Shown here: in pieces, positions 25,378 through 37,946 of the stretch
How the letters are laid out: each line of letters starts with the position of its first letter
Position numbering within the stretch: position 1 is the stretch's first letter
Assembly: GCA_964016885.1 (NCBI GenBank)
Contig: OZ024747.1
Location: 10,602,001 to 10,666,000 of the forward strand
DNA length: 64,000 bases
Origin: Eledone cirrhosa
Taxonomy: Eukaryota
Reading direction: 5' to 3'
The notes under the pieces: generated by a model
Told to the model about the DNA's origin: nothing
What the model saw: only the letters and a program-made list of their open reading frames with translations
The model's database searches: none
Position numbers and translations under genes: made by a program

Positions 25378-25930
25378 TGTTGTTGTTGTGGTTACTGTTG
25401 TCGTTGTTGTTGTTGTTGTTGTTGCTGTGGCCACTGTTATTGCTGCCGATGAGGTTGTTGCTGCTGCTCTTGTTGTCATTGTTGTTGTGGTTGTTGTTGT
25501 TGTTGTTGCTGCTGCTGCTGTTGTTGTTGCCGTTGTTGTTGCTGTTGTGGTTGTGGTTGTTGTTTTTGTTGTTGTTTTTGCTGTTGTTGTTGTTGTGGTT
25601 GTTGTTGCTGTTGTTGTTGTTGTTGTTATTGTTGCTGTTGTTGCTGTTGTTGTTGTTTTGGCAGCTGTTGTTGTTTTTGTTGTTTTTGCTGTTGTTGTTG
25701 CTGTTGTGGCTGTTGTTGTTATGGTTGTTGTTGTTGTTGTTGTTATTGTTGCTATTGTTGTTGTTGTTATTGTTGCTGCCGTTGATGTTGTTATTGTTGT
25801 GGTTGGTGTTGTTATTGTTGCTGCCGTTGTTGTTGTTATTGTGGTTGTTGTTGTTATTGTTGCTGTCGTTGTTGTTGTTATTGTTGTGGTTGGTGTTGTT
25901 ATTGTTTCTACTGTTGTTGTTGTTGTTGTT
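25378..25930. repeat. (TTG)n degenerate trinucleotide array
   Basis: Visible. Confidence 0.95.
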
Positions 25931-26242
25931 AAGCTCCAGCCGAACTCTGACCCAGAAAACCTAGGACCAATGTCGTTCTAGACGTGACTATGTCGGTACT
26001 ATAGAATTACACTCATCCGTCTGGATTGTAAAGTCGCATAAGAGATTCACAGTCTGATATTCTAAGACACTCTCTGGTTTGTGCTGATACGATTTCTCAG
26101 TGGTTGCAAACCCACATTTCTCGCATAAATCCCAATGGAGGTGTAAGCACACTTTATCATGACACCTTCTATATTCCCTCTTTGCAAACATGCAACAGAC
26201 ACTCACGATAAATGTCAGTTTCCATCTTCTTCCTACATAACC

Positions 26243-26425
26243 TGGATTGGCAGTATCGGTAGAGGGTCGGACGCCATGCTTTCCAGCATAGTTACGTCCC
26301 TTTACGATCTGAGTTCAAATCCCGCCGCGGTTGACTTTGCCTTTCATCCTTACGGGGTCGATAAAATAAAGTACCAGTAATGCACTGGGTAATTGCTGGC
26401 CTTGTGCATAAAGTAGAAACAATTA
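26243..26425 (+). mobile_element. SINE type A, full length
   Basis: Consensus match. Confidence 0.9.
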
Positions 26426-26426
26426 T

Positions 26427-26515
26427 ATATTGGGTCGTCAAGTATGAAATTTGTAGAAATTTGTAGAAAAAAACCCAATAAATTTCTACAAATTTCATAC
26501 TTGATGACCCAATAT
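26427..26515. mobile_element. Tiny MITE / fold-back (36-bp TIRs)
   Basis: ATATTGGGTCGTCAAGTATGAAATTTGTAGAAATTT / AAATTTCTACAAATTTCATACTTGATGACCCAATAT. Confidence 0.75.
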
Positions 26516-26699
26516 GTTTCTTATCATGTTTGTGTTTAGTCGTTGATCTTGAGCAGCTCTCTTAAGATCACCTTTTGTCAACCAATTCCACGAAGAACCT
26601 ACTTTCACTTCCTTCGTTTCTCTCTCAACTTCACCCTGTAATTCCATACTTTCCCTTGATTTCAGTTTCTCAGCCAGCAACCACGGTGGCTGAGGAACC

Positions 26700-27085
26700 A
26701 GTCAAAAAGAGGAGCCGAAACCAAGCAAATGTCGGCAAAAGGTTTGCAGGTCATAGACCAATGTGGCTTCTAAGGTTTGGTGTTTGCAATTCATGTTGAT
26801 CCCAAACCTTCTCTGACTTCTACTAACATAAGATATCTGCTCTAGTACAGTGGAGGCCATGGAGGCCAAAATTAACAAATTCACAAGGACATGGCTTGGT
26901 GTCCCACGAGGTGTCACTGATGTTACACTCTACTGCCGTAAAGCGAAGCTGTTGCTACCTTTTAAATCTATCTTTGAGGAGTACAAAGTAGGAAAAGCAA
27001 GGCTGTTGACCATGCTGGAGAAGTCGGAGGACAAGGTCGTGTGGTCGGTCCGGTCCAAGCTAAAGACAGGCAGAAAATGAAACGT
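26700..27085 (+). mobile_element. HERO-like (R2 superfamily) non-LTR fragment, post-RT region
   Basis: 'STVEAMEAKINKFTRTWLGVPRGVTDVTLYCRKAKLLLPFKSIFEEYKVGKARL..SEDKVV..KTGRK*'. Confidence 0.8.
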
Positions 27086-27419
27086 CAAATAAAATGACAT
27101 TGCGGTCTTTGTTTTTGGTTCTTTAAGTTCTGAGTTCAAATCACGCCGAGGTCAACTTTGTCTTTCATCTTTCCGGGGTCGATAAGATGGATTACCGGCC
27201 AAGTATTGCTGGCCTTGTGCCAAAATTGGACATCAATATATTGTTTCAGTGGATAGTCAGCAGAAGAGATGTGCTTTTTCGAGGTAAATGTAGTTATATA
27301 ACTACCATCGATTAGTCTGCATAGGAATAATTTTGCTCTCTGAAACGACTGTAAAATAATAGATTAATTAACTACGGCATTTTATTTAGTGTTATATATT
27401 GAGGCAGAGAAAATAAAGG

Positions 27420-28000
27420 GCGGGGAAGTACCAGTAATATATTGTGGTAAAGGGAGGGAGGGAAGTACCAGTAATATATTGTAGTAAGGGTGGGAAGTAC
27501 CAGTAATATATTGTAGTAAAGGTGGGGAGGGAAGTACCAGTAATATATTGTGGTAAAGGGAGGGAGGGAAGTACCAGTAATATATTGTAGTAAAGGTGGG
27601 GAGGGAAGTACCAGTAATATATTGTGGTAAAGGGAGGGAGGGAAGTACCAGTAATATATTGTAGTAAATGGAGGGAGGGAAGTACCAGTAATATATTGTG
27701 GTAAAGGGAGGGAGGGAAGTACCAGTAATATATTGTTGTAAGGGTGGGGAAGGAAGTACCAGTAATATATTGTGGTAAGGGTGGGGAAGGAAGTACCAGT
27801 AATATATTGTGGTAAGGGTGGGGAGGGAAGTACCAGTAATATATTGTGGTAAGGGTGGGGAGGGAAGTACCAGTAATATATTGTGGTAAAGGGAGGGAGG
27901 GAAGTACCAATAATATATTGTGGTAAGGGTGGGGAGGGAAGTACCAGTAATATATTGTGGTAAAGGGAGGGAGGGAAGTACCAGTAATATATTGTAGTAG
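27420..28000. repeat. 39-bp minisatellite (GGGAAGTACCAGTAATATATTGTGGTAAAGGGAGGGA.)
   Basis: About 15 copies visible. Confidence 0.95.
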
Positions 28001-28199
28001 GGGTGGGGGTGGGGGTGGGGAACCCATTGAATGTCTACCAAGAAACTGGCCTACAAAACGTTGGCCTTGTGCCTACTCAAACAAAGTGATTATGTTGTAA
28101 ATATTGTTTTTCACCGACATTCGACATCCAGTGGCGACACTAATATATACAGGGACTCATTGATCAATTCTTTGGCGACATTTTGGCGATCTCGCATTT

Positions 28200-28960
28200 A
28201 ACTGTCTCTCTCTCTCACTCACTCTCTCTCTCTCGCACGCACACATACATACACATATATACATATATATATATACACACATATATATACACATATATAC
28301 ACACGTTCAATCTCTCTCTCGCACACACACACACACACACGCACACATACACACACATACATACACATATATACATATATATATATATACACACATATAT
28401 ATACACATATATACACACGTTCAATCTCTCTCTCTCTCTCTCTCACACACATACACACATACACACATACACATACATACACATATATACACATATATAC
28501 ACATATATGCACACGTTCAATCTCTCTCTCTCGCACGCACACACACACACACACGCACATACACACACACACGCACACATATACACACATTCAATCTCTC
28601 TCTGTCGCACACATACATACACACACACACACACAAATATATATACACATATATACACATATATACACACGCCCAATCTCTCTCTCTCTCGCACACACAC
28701 ACACACACACACGCGCACAAACACACACATATATACACACATTCAATCTCTCTCTGTCGCACACATACATACACACACACTCATACACATACATACACAT
28801 ATATACACATATATACACATATATACACACGCCCAATCTCTTTCTCTCACACATATTTTCCCTCTCATTGTTTCTCGCTTTCACATACTCTCTCTCTCTC
28901 TCTCTCTCTGTCTATCTTTCTCTCTCACACATTCACACGTTCTATCCATTAATCTTTCAC

Positions 28961-29053
<93 letters not shown>

Positions 29054-29231
29054 GGTGATCTCGCATTTAACTATCTCTCTCGCTCTCTCTTTCTCTCTCT
29101 CACACACATACGCTCTCTCTCTCTCTCCCTTTCTGGTGATCTCGTGTGTGGGGCAATACGTGTGTGAGAGAATGTGTGTGTGTGTGTGTGTCTTTGTATA
29201 TATATTGCAAGCAGGGAAAATCGGACGTAAA

Positions 29232-29273
<42 letters not shown>

Positions 29274-29400
29274 TGTGTATGCGATTGATATGTCTGTGCT
29301 TTATTTGTATGAGTGTATGTGTATGTGTGTGTACGTGTGTGTAACAATGTTTGTGTATGTATTTGTATATTTGTGTTAGTATATATATATATGTATGTGT

Positions 29401-29439
<39 letters not shown>

Positions 29440-30083
29440 TAGATGTGTGTATGTTAATGGGTGTGTAAGTATCTATGTTTGTGTGTATGTCTGGGCTTTT
29501 ATATGAGTGTGTGTGTATGAATATATGCCCGTATATGTGTGTGTATGTCTGTGTATAGGTATATATACATATGTGTGTCTATGTATGGTGGATGTTGAAG
29601 AATGGGTGTATGTGTGTATGTGTGTATATATGTGTGTATATATGTGTGTTATTGTATATAGGTGGTGTTGTTTCAGTGTATGTGTGTATGTGTTTATGTC
29701 TGTGTGTATGTGTATGTAACTGCCTTTCTAAGTGACTGTGTATGCGTGTGTGTATATGAGAGAATTTGTGAATGAACATTATATATATGGGTGTGTGTCT
29801 GTTTGTGTAATGTATCTGAATATATGTGTGTGTTTATGTGTGACGATGTGTGCGTGTGGAAAATAGAGTGGAGGAGAGTAAGAGAGAGACACATGCACAC
29901 ACACACACATGCACACACACACATGCACACACATACACACACACACACACACACACATAAATATATAATTGAAAAAGTGGAGAATAACATGGTCAACAGT
30001 ACAAAAAGGGGATTTATTTAGTCTAACAATTGTTTCACTGATAAAGTTGTCTAAAAGTTGCTGAACACTATACATACATACAC

Positions 30084-30117
<34 letters not shown>

Positions 30118-30122
30118 GTATG

Positions 30123-30221
<99 letters not shown>

Positions 30222-30270
30222 ATATATATATCCCTACCTACCTGTGTGTGTGTGTGTGTGTATGTGTGAC
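28200..30270. repeat. Mixed CA/TA/TC/TG/GAT microsatellite region
   Basis: Visible. Confidence 0.9.
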
Positions 30271-30340
30271 TTAACGCAAGTGATGGAATAATAAAGATAA
30301 AGCAAGTAGAGGGGGGAGCGGGGGGAGAAGTGTGAATGAA

Positions 30341-30478
30341 AGAAGGGGTGAGGGAGAGGTAAGAGATGTCAATGAAGGGGTGAGGGAGAGGTAAGAGATG
30401 TCAATGAAGGGGTGGGGGAGAGGTAATAGATGTCAATGAAGGGGTGGGGGAGAGGTAAGAGATGTCAATGAAGGGGTG
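30341..30478. repeat. 32-bp minisatellite, ~4 copies
   Basis: GAAGGGGTGAGGGAGAGGTAAGAGATGTCAAT, period 32. Confidence 0.9.
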
Positions 30479-30804
30479 GTAGTAATTACTGGGGTTAATG
30501 AGAACGCCATGTCAAAAATCAACCCAAGTCAATTAAGGTTAGCAATATTAACAAACACAACAATGATTAAAAGCACAACAGCAGCAACAGCAACAACAAC
30601 AACAGCAACAACAACAACAACAACAACAGCAACAATAACAACAGCAATAACAACAGCAACAATAACAACTCCATCATGAGCCAGTGAATGGTGCGCCACG
30701 CGGTCGCTTGATAGGCTAGAAAGCAACCAAATCTCCCCCAAATAACTCTCTACTAATCTTGAGAAAAGAAAGGACACATTGGACAATGTAGTCCTTGTAA
30801 ATCT

Positions 30805-31005
30805 CGCGTGGCTTAGTGGTTAGAGAACTGGATTTACAATCGTGAGGTTTTGAGTTTGATTCCCGGACCGGGTGATATGTTCTGTCCTTGGGCAAGACAC
30901 TTTATTTCATGCTGGTGTTTCTACCAGGAGTTGCGGCCGGTAGATAGTATCAGCAATGGAAAGACCAATGGAAACATTGTTTCCTCGGTCCGATTGGACG
31001 ATTTC
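30805..31005 (+). mobile_element. SINE type B (CORE-like)
   Basis: CGCGTGGCTTAGTGGTTAGAG...GTTTGATTCC...GTCCTTGGGCAAGACACTTTATTTCA...GTTTCCTCGGTCCGATT. Confidence 0.85.
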
Positions 31006-31209
31006 CACCCCACTCGGTAAGTGAATGAGGTCTGGGACCTTATTAATCGATACCTTTTCGTATATTTCTAAAATGACAGGATGGCTATGGATGGAAGACC
31101 TAGGTAACTGGAACTGCAAAATATAGCAGCCAAATCTCGCTAAAATCAGACTACTGCCATTTAAAAACTACAAGATGCTGCAGAACTACATCGTCTCTGC
31201 AGGACTGGC

Positions 31210-31289
31210 GTTATTAGATGTTAGTACCAGTAATGCACTGGGTAATTGCTGGCCTTGTGCCTAAAGTAGAAACAGTTATTAGATGTTAG
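31210..31289 (+). mobile_element. Heavily 5'-truncated SINE type A with a 15-bp TSD
   Basis: GTTATTAGATGTTAG at 31210-31224 and 31275-31289. Confidence 0.8.
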
Positions 31290-31379
31290 GTAAACCTGGC
31301 TAGAACCATATGCTTGCTATTTTGAAGTTACAGATCTTTTGGCCGTCTAAAAACATCTGTCTAAAATGACAAGTAAGTC

Positions 31380-31722
31380 AATCATATTGGTGGCCTCCCC
31401 ACAGCCCCGGCGAACAGAATGGAGAAGGCGTTTCCCCGGAGGACGGCAAGGGAAACGCACTGGAAAAGCCATTCCAGTTCGCAGTGCACACATCTGCGGC
31501 TGGCCAGCTCAGCGCATATAGTGGTGAGTAGGGTGGTAGCCCTAGGGCTGAGGACACTAGAAGTCTCCACTGCCAAGGGTACAACCGCAAACCTGTCGGA
31601 GAGCGACCGGTATTTGAAGAGTTTGGCCTCCTCAGCCCGACGTGCAGCAGAACCTGGGTTAGTCGCAGACTGCACCAGGTTGCGGCTGGAGAAAGTGTCG
31701 GCGCAAGTGGCATCCCAGACAA
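31380..31722 (-). mobile_element. CRE-like non-LTR element, endonuclease C-terminus
   Basis: 'VWDATCADTFS..NPGSAARRAEEAKLFKYRSL..VPLAVETS..WLFQCVSLAVLRGNAFSI'; relatives at 36980-37030 and 57610-57800. Confidence 0.85.
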
Positions 31723-32111
31723 AAGAAGGAGAAGGAGAAGGAGAAGGAGAAGAAGAAGAAGAATTTTGTTTCTCGATTTGCTAGAAGAAGGTAGACTGAA
31801 GATGTAGTCCCGCTCACCTCGGTCTTCTAGCTTTGTCTATCCATATTATCCTTCGGCTTCTTTATATAATATAATATAATGATATTATTATATAATTATG
31901 GCTATAAAAAGACATTTTAATTTTATTAAACATGGCATTTTGTTCGCCTAATTTTCAACCTTCTCAGTCCTTTCCCCCCGGGGCATGCATAACCCCATTT
32001 ATGAGAAATACTGGTCTAGTTGAAGAACATTACTACCAATTCTGCACTGTTGTTCTCTAGACATAGGAAACTTAGAGAATGTTTTACAACAGACAGAATT
32101 ATACATGGTAA

Positions 32112-32500
32112 TAATTGTTTCTACTTTTGGCACAAGGCCAGCAATTACTCAGTGTATTACTGGTACTTTATTTTATCGACCCCGTAAGGATGAAAGGCAA
32201 AGTCAACCTCGGCGGGATTTGAACTCAGATCGTAAAGGGACGTGACTGGCGGCTGTTAAGGTGTCGATAAAATAAAGTACCAGTAACCCACTGGGATCGA
32301 TTACATCGACTTTGCCCTGTCCCCAAATTGATGGCCTTGTGTCAGGATCAGAAACCATTATTGGATTGATAGAATTGTTCAAGAAACATCTGTGCCGACT
32401 ATTTACATTCAAAGTTCAAATCCCGCCGAGGCCAACTTTGTCTTTCGTCTGGCGTCAATAAATAAAATACCAGTCACATACTGGGGTTAATTTAATCAAA
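32112..32500. mobile_element. Three SINE type A fragments (-, +, +)
   Basis: Consensus matches at 32112-32245, 32262-32360 and 32410-32500. Confidence 0.8.
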
Positions 32501-32570
32501 TGGTGGCCCACACTCTCACCGCCCTTCGTCTCCGGCGGACAGACGCCAAAATTAAAAACTACAGGAATTT

Positions 32571-32625
<55 letters not shown>

Positions 32626-33040
32626 ATGTGTGATCTGCGTGTCTGTCTGTGTATCTGTATGTGTGTGTCTGTGTGTGTGTCTGTCTGTGTATCTGTATGT
32701 GTGTGTCTGTGTGTATGTGTGTCTGTCTGTGTGTATGTGTGTGTATGTGTGTCTGTGTGTGTGTGTGTATGCGCGTGTGTGTGTGTGTGTGTGTGTGTTT
32801 AGCAATAGAGATATATTCCCTTCTCTGTTCAGGTAGAGTGTCATGTGATAACAATAATAATAATGGTAACAACATAATGTTAATGGTTTCATTAGCAAGG
32901 TGAAGAATGTCACGTGTGTGTGCTGTAGAGTCTAGTCAGACGGGGTTTGTATTCAAACGGGTCACATTCCATGAGAGTATCTTAGTCAGCTAACCCTCTT
33001 ATATAATAATAAGGGTTTAGATCGATATCCATATATATAT

Positions 33041-33220
33041 AACGAAGAAGGTGTGGCAAGGAGCCAGGTGGACCATAAGGCACCAGAGTACTCGATACTT
33101 AAGGTAGTAGAGTGGGTAATATGAAAAGAGTCAGGACCCCGACGGCTGAGCTCCAGCCGTTTCGACAGCTAGATCTGAAACGGCCGGAGCTCAGCCGTTG
33201 GGGTCCTGACTCTTTTCATA
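33041..33220 (+). mobile_element. (TA)n-embedded cassette ending in a 44-bp-arm hairpin with a half-hammerhead; second copy at 42981-43170
   Basis: Inverted repeat 33120-33163 / 33177-33220. The unique 80-bp part is shared with the reverse complement of 43090-43170. Confidence 0.8.
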
Positions 33221-33292
33221 TATATATATATATATATATATTAGTAGTAGTCTTAGCAATTAGAAAGACCAATGGATACATTGGTCTTTCAT

Positions 33293-33333
<41 letters not shown>

Positions 33334-33344
33334 AAGAAAGACCA

Positions 33345-33505
33345 CCAATTGCTAGTACTATCTATCGGTCGCAACTCCAGGCAGAAGGAGCAACGTGAAC
33401 TAGAGTGTCTTGCTCAAGGACATAACGCACCACCCGGTTCGGGAATCGAACTCACAACCTCACAATTGCCAATCCAATTCTCTAACCACTGAGCCAAACA
33501 CCTTC
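33345..33505 (-). mobile_element. SINE type B (CORE-like)
   Basis: Homolog of 7092-7310. Confidence 0.85.
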
Positions 33506-33566
33506 ACGAAATCTACCTCCATATAAACCTCTATAACGAATCACCTTAAATTAATATTACTACCAA

Positions 33567-33755
33567 GCGGTGGATTGGCAGTATCGGTAGAGGGTCGGAC
33601 GCCATGCTTTCCAGCATAGAGTTACGTCCCTTTACGATCCGAGTTCAAATCCCGCCGAGGTTGACTTTGCCTTTCATCCTTACGGGGGTCGATAAAATAA
33701 AGTACCAGTAATGCACTGAGTAATTGCTGGCCTTGTGCCTAAAGTAGAAACAATT
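33567..33755 (+). mobile_element. SINE type A, full length with TSD
   Basis: AATTAATATTACTACCAA at 33549-33566 and 33752-33769. Confidence 0.92.
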
Positions 33756-34031
33756 AATATTACTACCAAACTAAGAGCACGGAAGTTCGCTGCAATCGAT
33801 TTAATCAAGTATCGAACCTGTATGATGATGTTTGTTTGTAAGATGTCATCTAATATTTTCTGTGTAATTCGAACGTCGTTCAGTTCATTGTCCCCTGCCC
33901 CTTGCCCTCCATCGGTCGATCGTAAACAAAGAGAGCGGCGTCCAGTTACTCCGAATCACTTGGTTGAGGATGTCTCAGGTTTCCACTAGTTGAGTCAGTG
34001 CAACAGCTACCTTCATAGCTAGAGACGTATG

Positions 34032-34151
<120 letters not shown>

Positions 34152-34181
34152 AACGACTGGTTCCTTACCACATTTCCTTCG

Positions 34182-34233
<52 letters not shown>

Positions 34234-34260
34234 ATGTGTGTATATAACTATATATATATA

Positions 34261-34291
<31 letters not shown>

Positions 34292-34308
34292 GTGTGTATA
34301 TACATTTA

Positions 34309-34349
<41 letters not shown>

Positions 34350-34378
34350 TTATATATGTGTGTGTGTGTATATATAAG

Positions 34379-34413
<35 letters not shown>

Positions 34414-34488
34414 ATATATATATATGTGTATATACATTTATATATGTGTATATATATATATGTATGTATGTATGTATGTGTGTATGTG

Positions 34489-34520
<32 letters not shown>

Positions 34521-34544
34521 TGTATGTATGTATGTATGTATGTA

Positions 34545-34579
<35 letters not shown>

Positions 34580-34680
34580 ATGTATGTATGTATGTATGTA
34601 TGTATGTGTTTCACTGTTGTAGTAGACCGCTGAGTGGCGACTACTGGCACACATAGACGCTGATTAGGTGGAGATAGGTA

Positions 34681-34734
<54 letters not shown>

Positions 34735-34861
34735 GTAGGAGGTGAGTTTTATTGTAGTACAATAAACAATGCAGATATCGGATAAGAAGCACTCTACAGT
34801 TTGTGGGACTGGAGTATGCATAATATATAAGATCAAAAGATGGTTAAAGGAGTTCCATATA

Positions 34862-34928
34862 TTTTATTATGCGCATTTCAAAAACAAACATCATCAAACA
34901 ATAATATTTGTGTTTTCATCAGATAAAA
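34862..34928 (-). ncRNA. Minimal hammerhead ribozyme (inverted copy of 35050-35116)
   Basis: Reverse complement of 35050-35116. Confidence 0.8.
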
Positions 34929-35049
34929 CAGGAGAACATGATATGAAGGCTAAAAAACACTTGTTGATAGTGCAGTTTTAAATCAACATATCTGATTTAA
35001 AACTGCACTATCAACAAGTGTTTTTTAGCCTTCATATCATGTTCTCCTG

Positions 35050-35116
35050 TTTTATCTGATGAAAACACAAATATTATTGTTTGATGATGTTTGTTTTTGA
35101 AATGCGCATAATAAAA
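35050..35116 (+). ncRNA. Type I minimal hammerhead ribozyme
   Basis: TTTTAT-CTGATGA-AAAC-ACAAATATTAT..ATGATGTTTGT-TTTT-GAAAT-GCGC-ATA-ATAAAA. Confidence 0.8.
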
Positions 35117-35148
35117 TATATGGAACTCCTTTAACCATCTTTTGATCT

Positions 35149-35274
<126 letters not shown>

Positions 35275-35295
35275 GAAGAACATTAAAACTTGAAG

Positions 35296-35798
35296 AAGCA
35301 AAATAACAACAACAATAACAAGAACAGCAGCAGCAACAACAGTAGCAGCAACGACAACAACAACAGCATCAGTAAGAACAGCAGCAGCAGCAACAACTAC
35401 AACAGCAGCAACAACAGTAGCAGCAACGACAGCAACAACAACAACTACAACAGTAGCAGCAACGACAACAACAACAACAACAACAACTACAACAGTAGCA
35501 GCAACGACAACAACAACAACAGTAGCAGCAACAACAACAACAACTACAACAGTAGCAGCAACGACAACAACAACAACAGTAGCAGCAACGACAACAACAA
35601 CAACAACAACAACAGTAGCAGCAACGACAACAACAACAACAGTAGCAGCAACAACAACAACAACAACAACTACAACAGTAGCAGCAACGACAACAACAAC
35701 AACAACAACAACAGTAGCAGCAACGACAACAACAACAACAGTTACGAAGACGACAACAACTACAACAACAACAACAGTAACAACAACAACAGTAACTA
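35296..35798. repeat. (CAA)n/CAGTAGCAG compound array
   Basis: Visible. Confidence 0.95.
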
Positions 35799-36047
35799 CT
35801 GGCCAATTAAATGACTTCGTTCACGCCATCTGGTGGCGTGGCTGGGTAATGGCGGTGGTTTTAAAATAAATGGCAGGAAGAGGTTAGAAATAGTTTAGTG
35901 TTATGTAGGAGGAGGGGGGGGGCAGGAGAGAAGGAGAAAGGGGGTGGGGTGGAGTGAGAGGTGAGATGGTCATTGTTGGAGGGGCGGAACACAGTTATGT
36001 AATAATTTCAAATATTGTTACAAAGTTATTACTAATGGTGGTCGTCT

Positions 36048-36514
36048 GCTTCTTCTTCTTCTTCTTCTTCTTCTTCTTCTTCTTCTTCTTCTTCTTCTCC
36101 TTCTTTTTCTTCTTCTTCTTCTTCTTCTTCTTCTTCTTCTTCTTCTTCTTCTTCTTCTCCTTTTTTCTTCTTCTTCTTCTTCTTCTTCTTCTTCTTCTTC
36201 TTCTTCTTCTTCTTCTTCTCTTTCTTCTTCTTCTTCTTCTTCTTCTTCTTCTCTTCTCTTTCTTCTTCTTCTTCTTCTCTTTCTTCTTCTTCTTCTTCTT
36301 CTTCTCTTTCTTCTTCTTCTTCTTCTTCTTCTTCTTCTTCTTCTTCTTCTCTTCTCTTCTCTTCTCTTTCTTCTTCTTCTTCTTCTTCTCTTTCTTCTTC
36401 TTCTTCTTCTTCTTCTTCTTCTTCTTCTTCTTCTTCTTCTTCTTCTCTTTCTTCTTCTTCTTCTTCTTCTTCTTCTTCTTCTTCTTCTTCTTCTTCTTCT
36501 TCTTCTTCTTCTTC
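36048..36514. repeat. (CTT)n polypyrimidine array
   Basis: Visible. Confidence 0.97.
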
Positions 36515-36544
36515 AGCTCCTGCAAATCTTGCACTTAATCCAGC

Positions 36545-36830
36545 CCCCCGCCTTCCATCACTTGTGAACACGGCCCCGAGATACTTGAACTTCTCCACCT
36601 GCTTCAGTGGAACTCCATTTCCATGTAGAGTGCATTGTGCAGGTTTCCTTGGGAGTACGAGTATCTCAGTTTTCCCAGCACTGATATTTTATTCCAGCCA
36701 TGCAGCACTCGGCATCAAACCTATCGAGTGGAAGTCGGAGATCACCTTATGTCAAGTTAAGTAACACCATGTCGTCAAGTTAAGTTAAGTAACACCATGT
36801 CGTCAAGTTAAGTTAAGTAAAACCATGATT
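36545..36830 (-). mobile_element. RTE-clade RT fragment
   Basis: 'DDMVL..LDRFDAECCMAGIK/ISAGKTEILVL..GVPLKQVEKFKYLGAVFTSDGR'; a 28-bp triplication lies over the DD motif. Confidence 0.8.
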
Positions 36831-37029
36831 TTACACCTGCCAGTCGTTATACCACTGAATGGAATTATCACATGCTACACATGACTGGTGCAATGTGTCC
36901 GAACACAGAAGAGCCGAACTCCCACCATCATCGCCCCCATCTCTCTGTATTGTGAGCAAATGGGGTCCCACGTGCTGGCCGCCCCACAGCCCCGGCGGAG
37001 AGAATGGAGAAGGCGCTTTCCCGGGGAAC

Positions 37030-37325
37030 TCATTGTCTTTAATTCGGTATTCGTGCCAACCTTAACCTGTGGCCTTGAATCTTGGGTAATGACCGAAAAA
37101 ATAAGATTGCGAATATAAGTGGCCAAAACTGGGTTCCTCCGAAGGGTCTTAGGGGTGATGATTCTCGATAGAGTGAGTACCTCCGAAAAAGTCTCTCCAG
37201 GTAGAACCGCTAATTCTCCGAATTAAGGGATCACAGCCTGGATACTACAGGCATGTGGTTAGAATGTCTCAGGAAAGAATTGCTGGACAGATTTTACGGG
37301 CAAAACCAACCGGAAAGAGACCCAG
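37030..37325 (+). mobile_element. RTE-clade ORF2 C-terminal fragment
   Basis: 'VFNSVFVPTLTCGLESWVMTEKIRLRI..GFLRRVLG..HVVRMSQERIAGQILRAKPTGKRP'. Confidence 0.85.
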
Positions 37326-37416
37326 TATATATGTTTATCTCTTTCTCTTAATTTTGAGTACATTTTTTTTGACCGGCCACCTTCCTGGTGGCAAGGTTGT
37401 AAAAGAAAAGAAATTG

Positions 37417-37660
37417 TCATCCCTTGAATCGCAAGAATGTTTTGCAAATTTTGAAGGTGCCAGCTATCGCAGCCATTTGTAGACTATGAATTAGGGAGCT
37501 GCGCTTTTTGTCCGCAAATCCAAGTTCAGTTATACTTTGGTCCAAGCGGGTTGGTATATAACCCGTAGCTCCAATAATGATGGGTATGAAGCTAAAGGTG
37601 TATCTTGGATACTGGATTTGTAAACTCCTCATCAATGGTCCGTAGATGTCCTCCTTCTCC
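37417..37660 (-). mobile_element. R4/NeSL-like endonuclease C-terminus
   Basis: 'RSLQIQYPRYTFSFIPIIIGATGYIP..LQMAAIAGTFKICKTFL'. Confidence 0.7.
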
Positions 37661-37702
37661 TGTATTTTTCTGAATGTATGTGTGTGTGTATGTATGTATG
37701 TA

Positions 37703-37735
<33 letters not shown>

Positions 37736-37784
37736 ATGTGTGTGCGTATGTATGTATGTATGTATGTATGTATGTATGTATGTA

Positions 37785-37834
<50 letters not shown>

Positions 37835-37946
37835 TATGTGTGTGTGTGTGTATGAGTGGGGGGGGGGCACTATAGATGTAACCCAGTAGGGTAATGTACT
37901 CATCTACCTAAACCTTAGCCAAAAGTTGCAGCACGCTATCAGATAA

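Larger units (their letters stand above)
25990..26690 (-). mobile_element. R4/Dong-like non-LTR fragment, interrupted by a SINE and a MITE
   Basis: 'SSWNWLTKGDLKRAAQDQRLNTNMI' (26516-26680) and 'YRRCHDKVCLHLHWDLCEKCGF..YQHKPESVLE..LLCDFTIQTD' (25990-26240). Confidence 0.85.

Noticed and set aside
33960-34025. Minus-strand CTATGAAGG...GAAAC motif
   Set aside because: Core too degenerate and stems not evident
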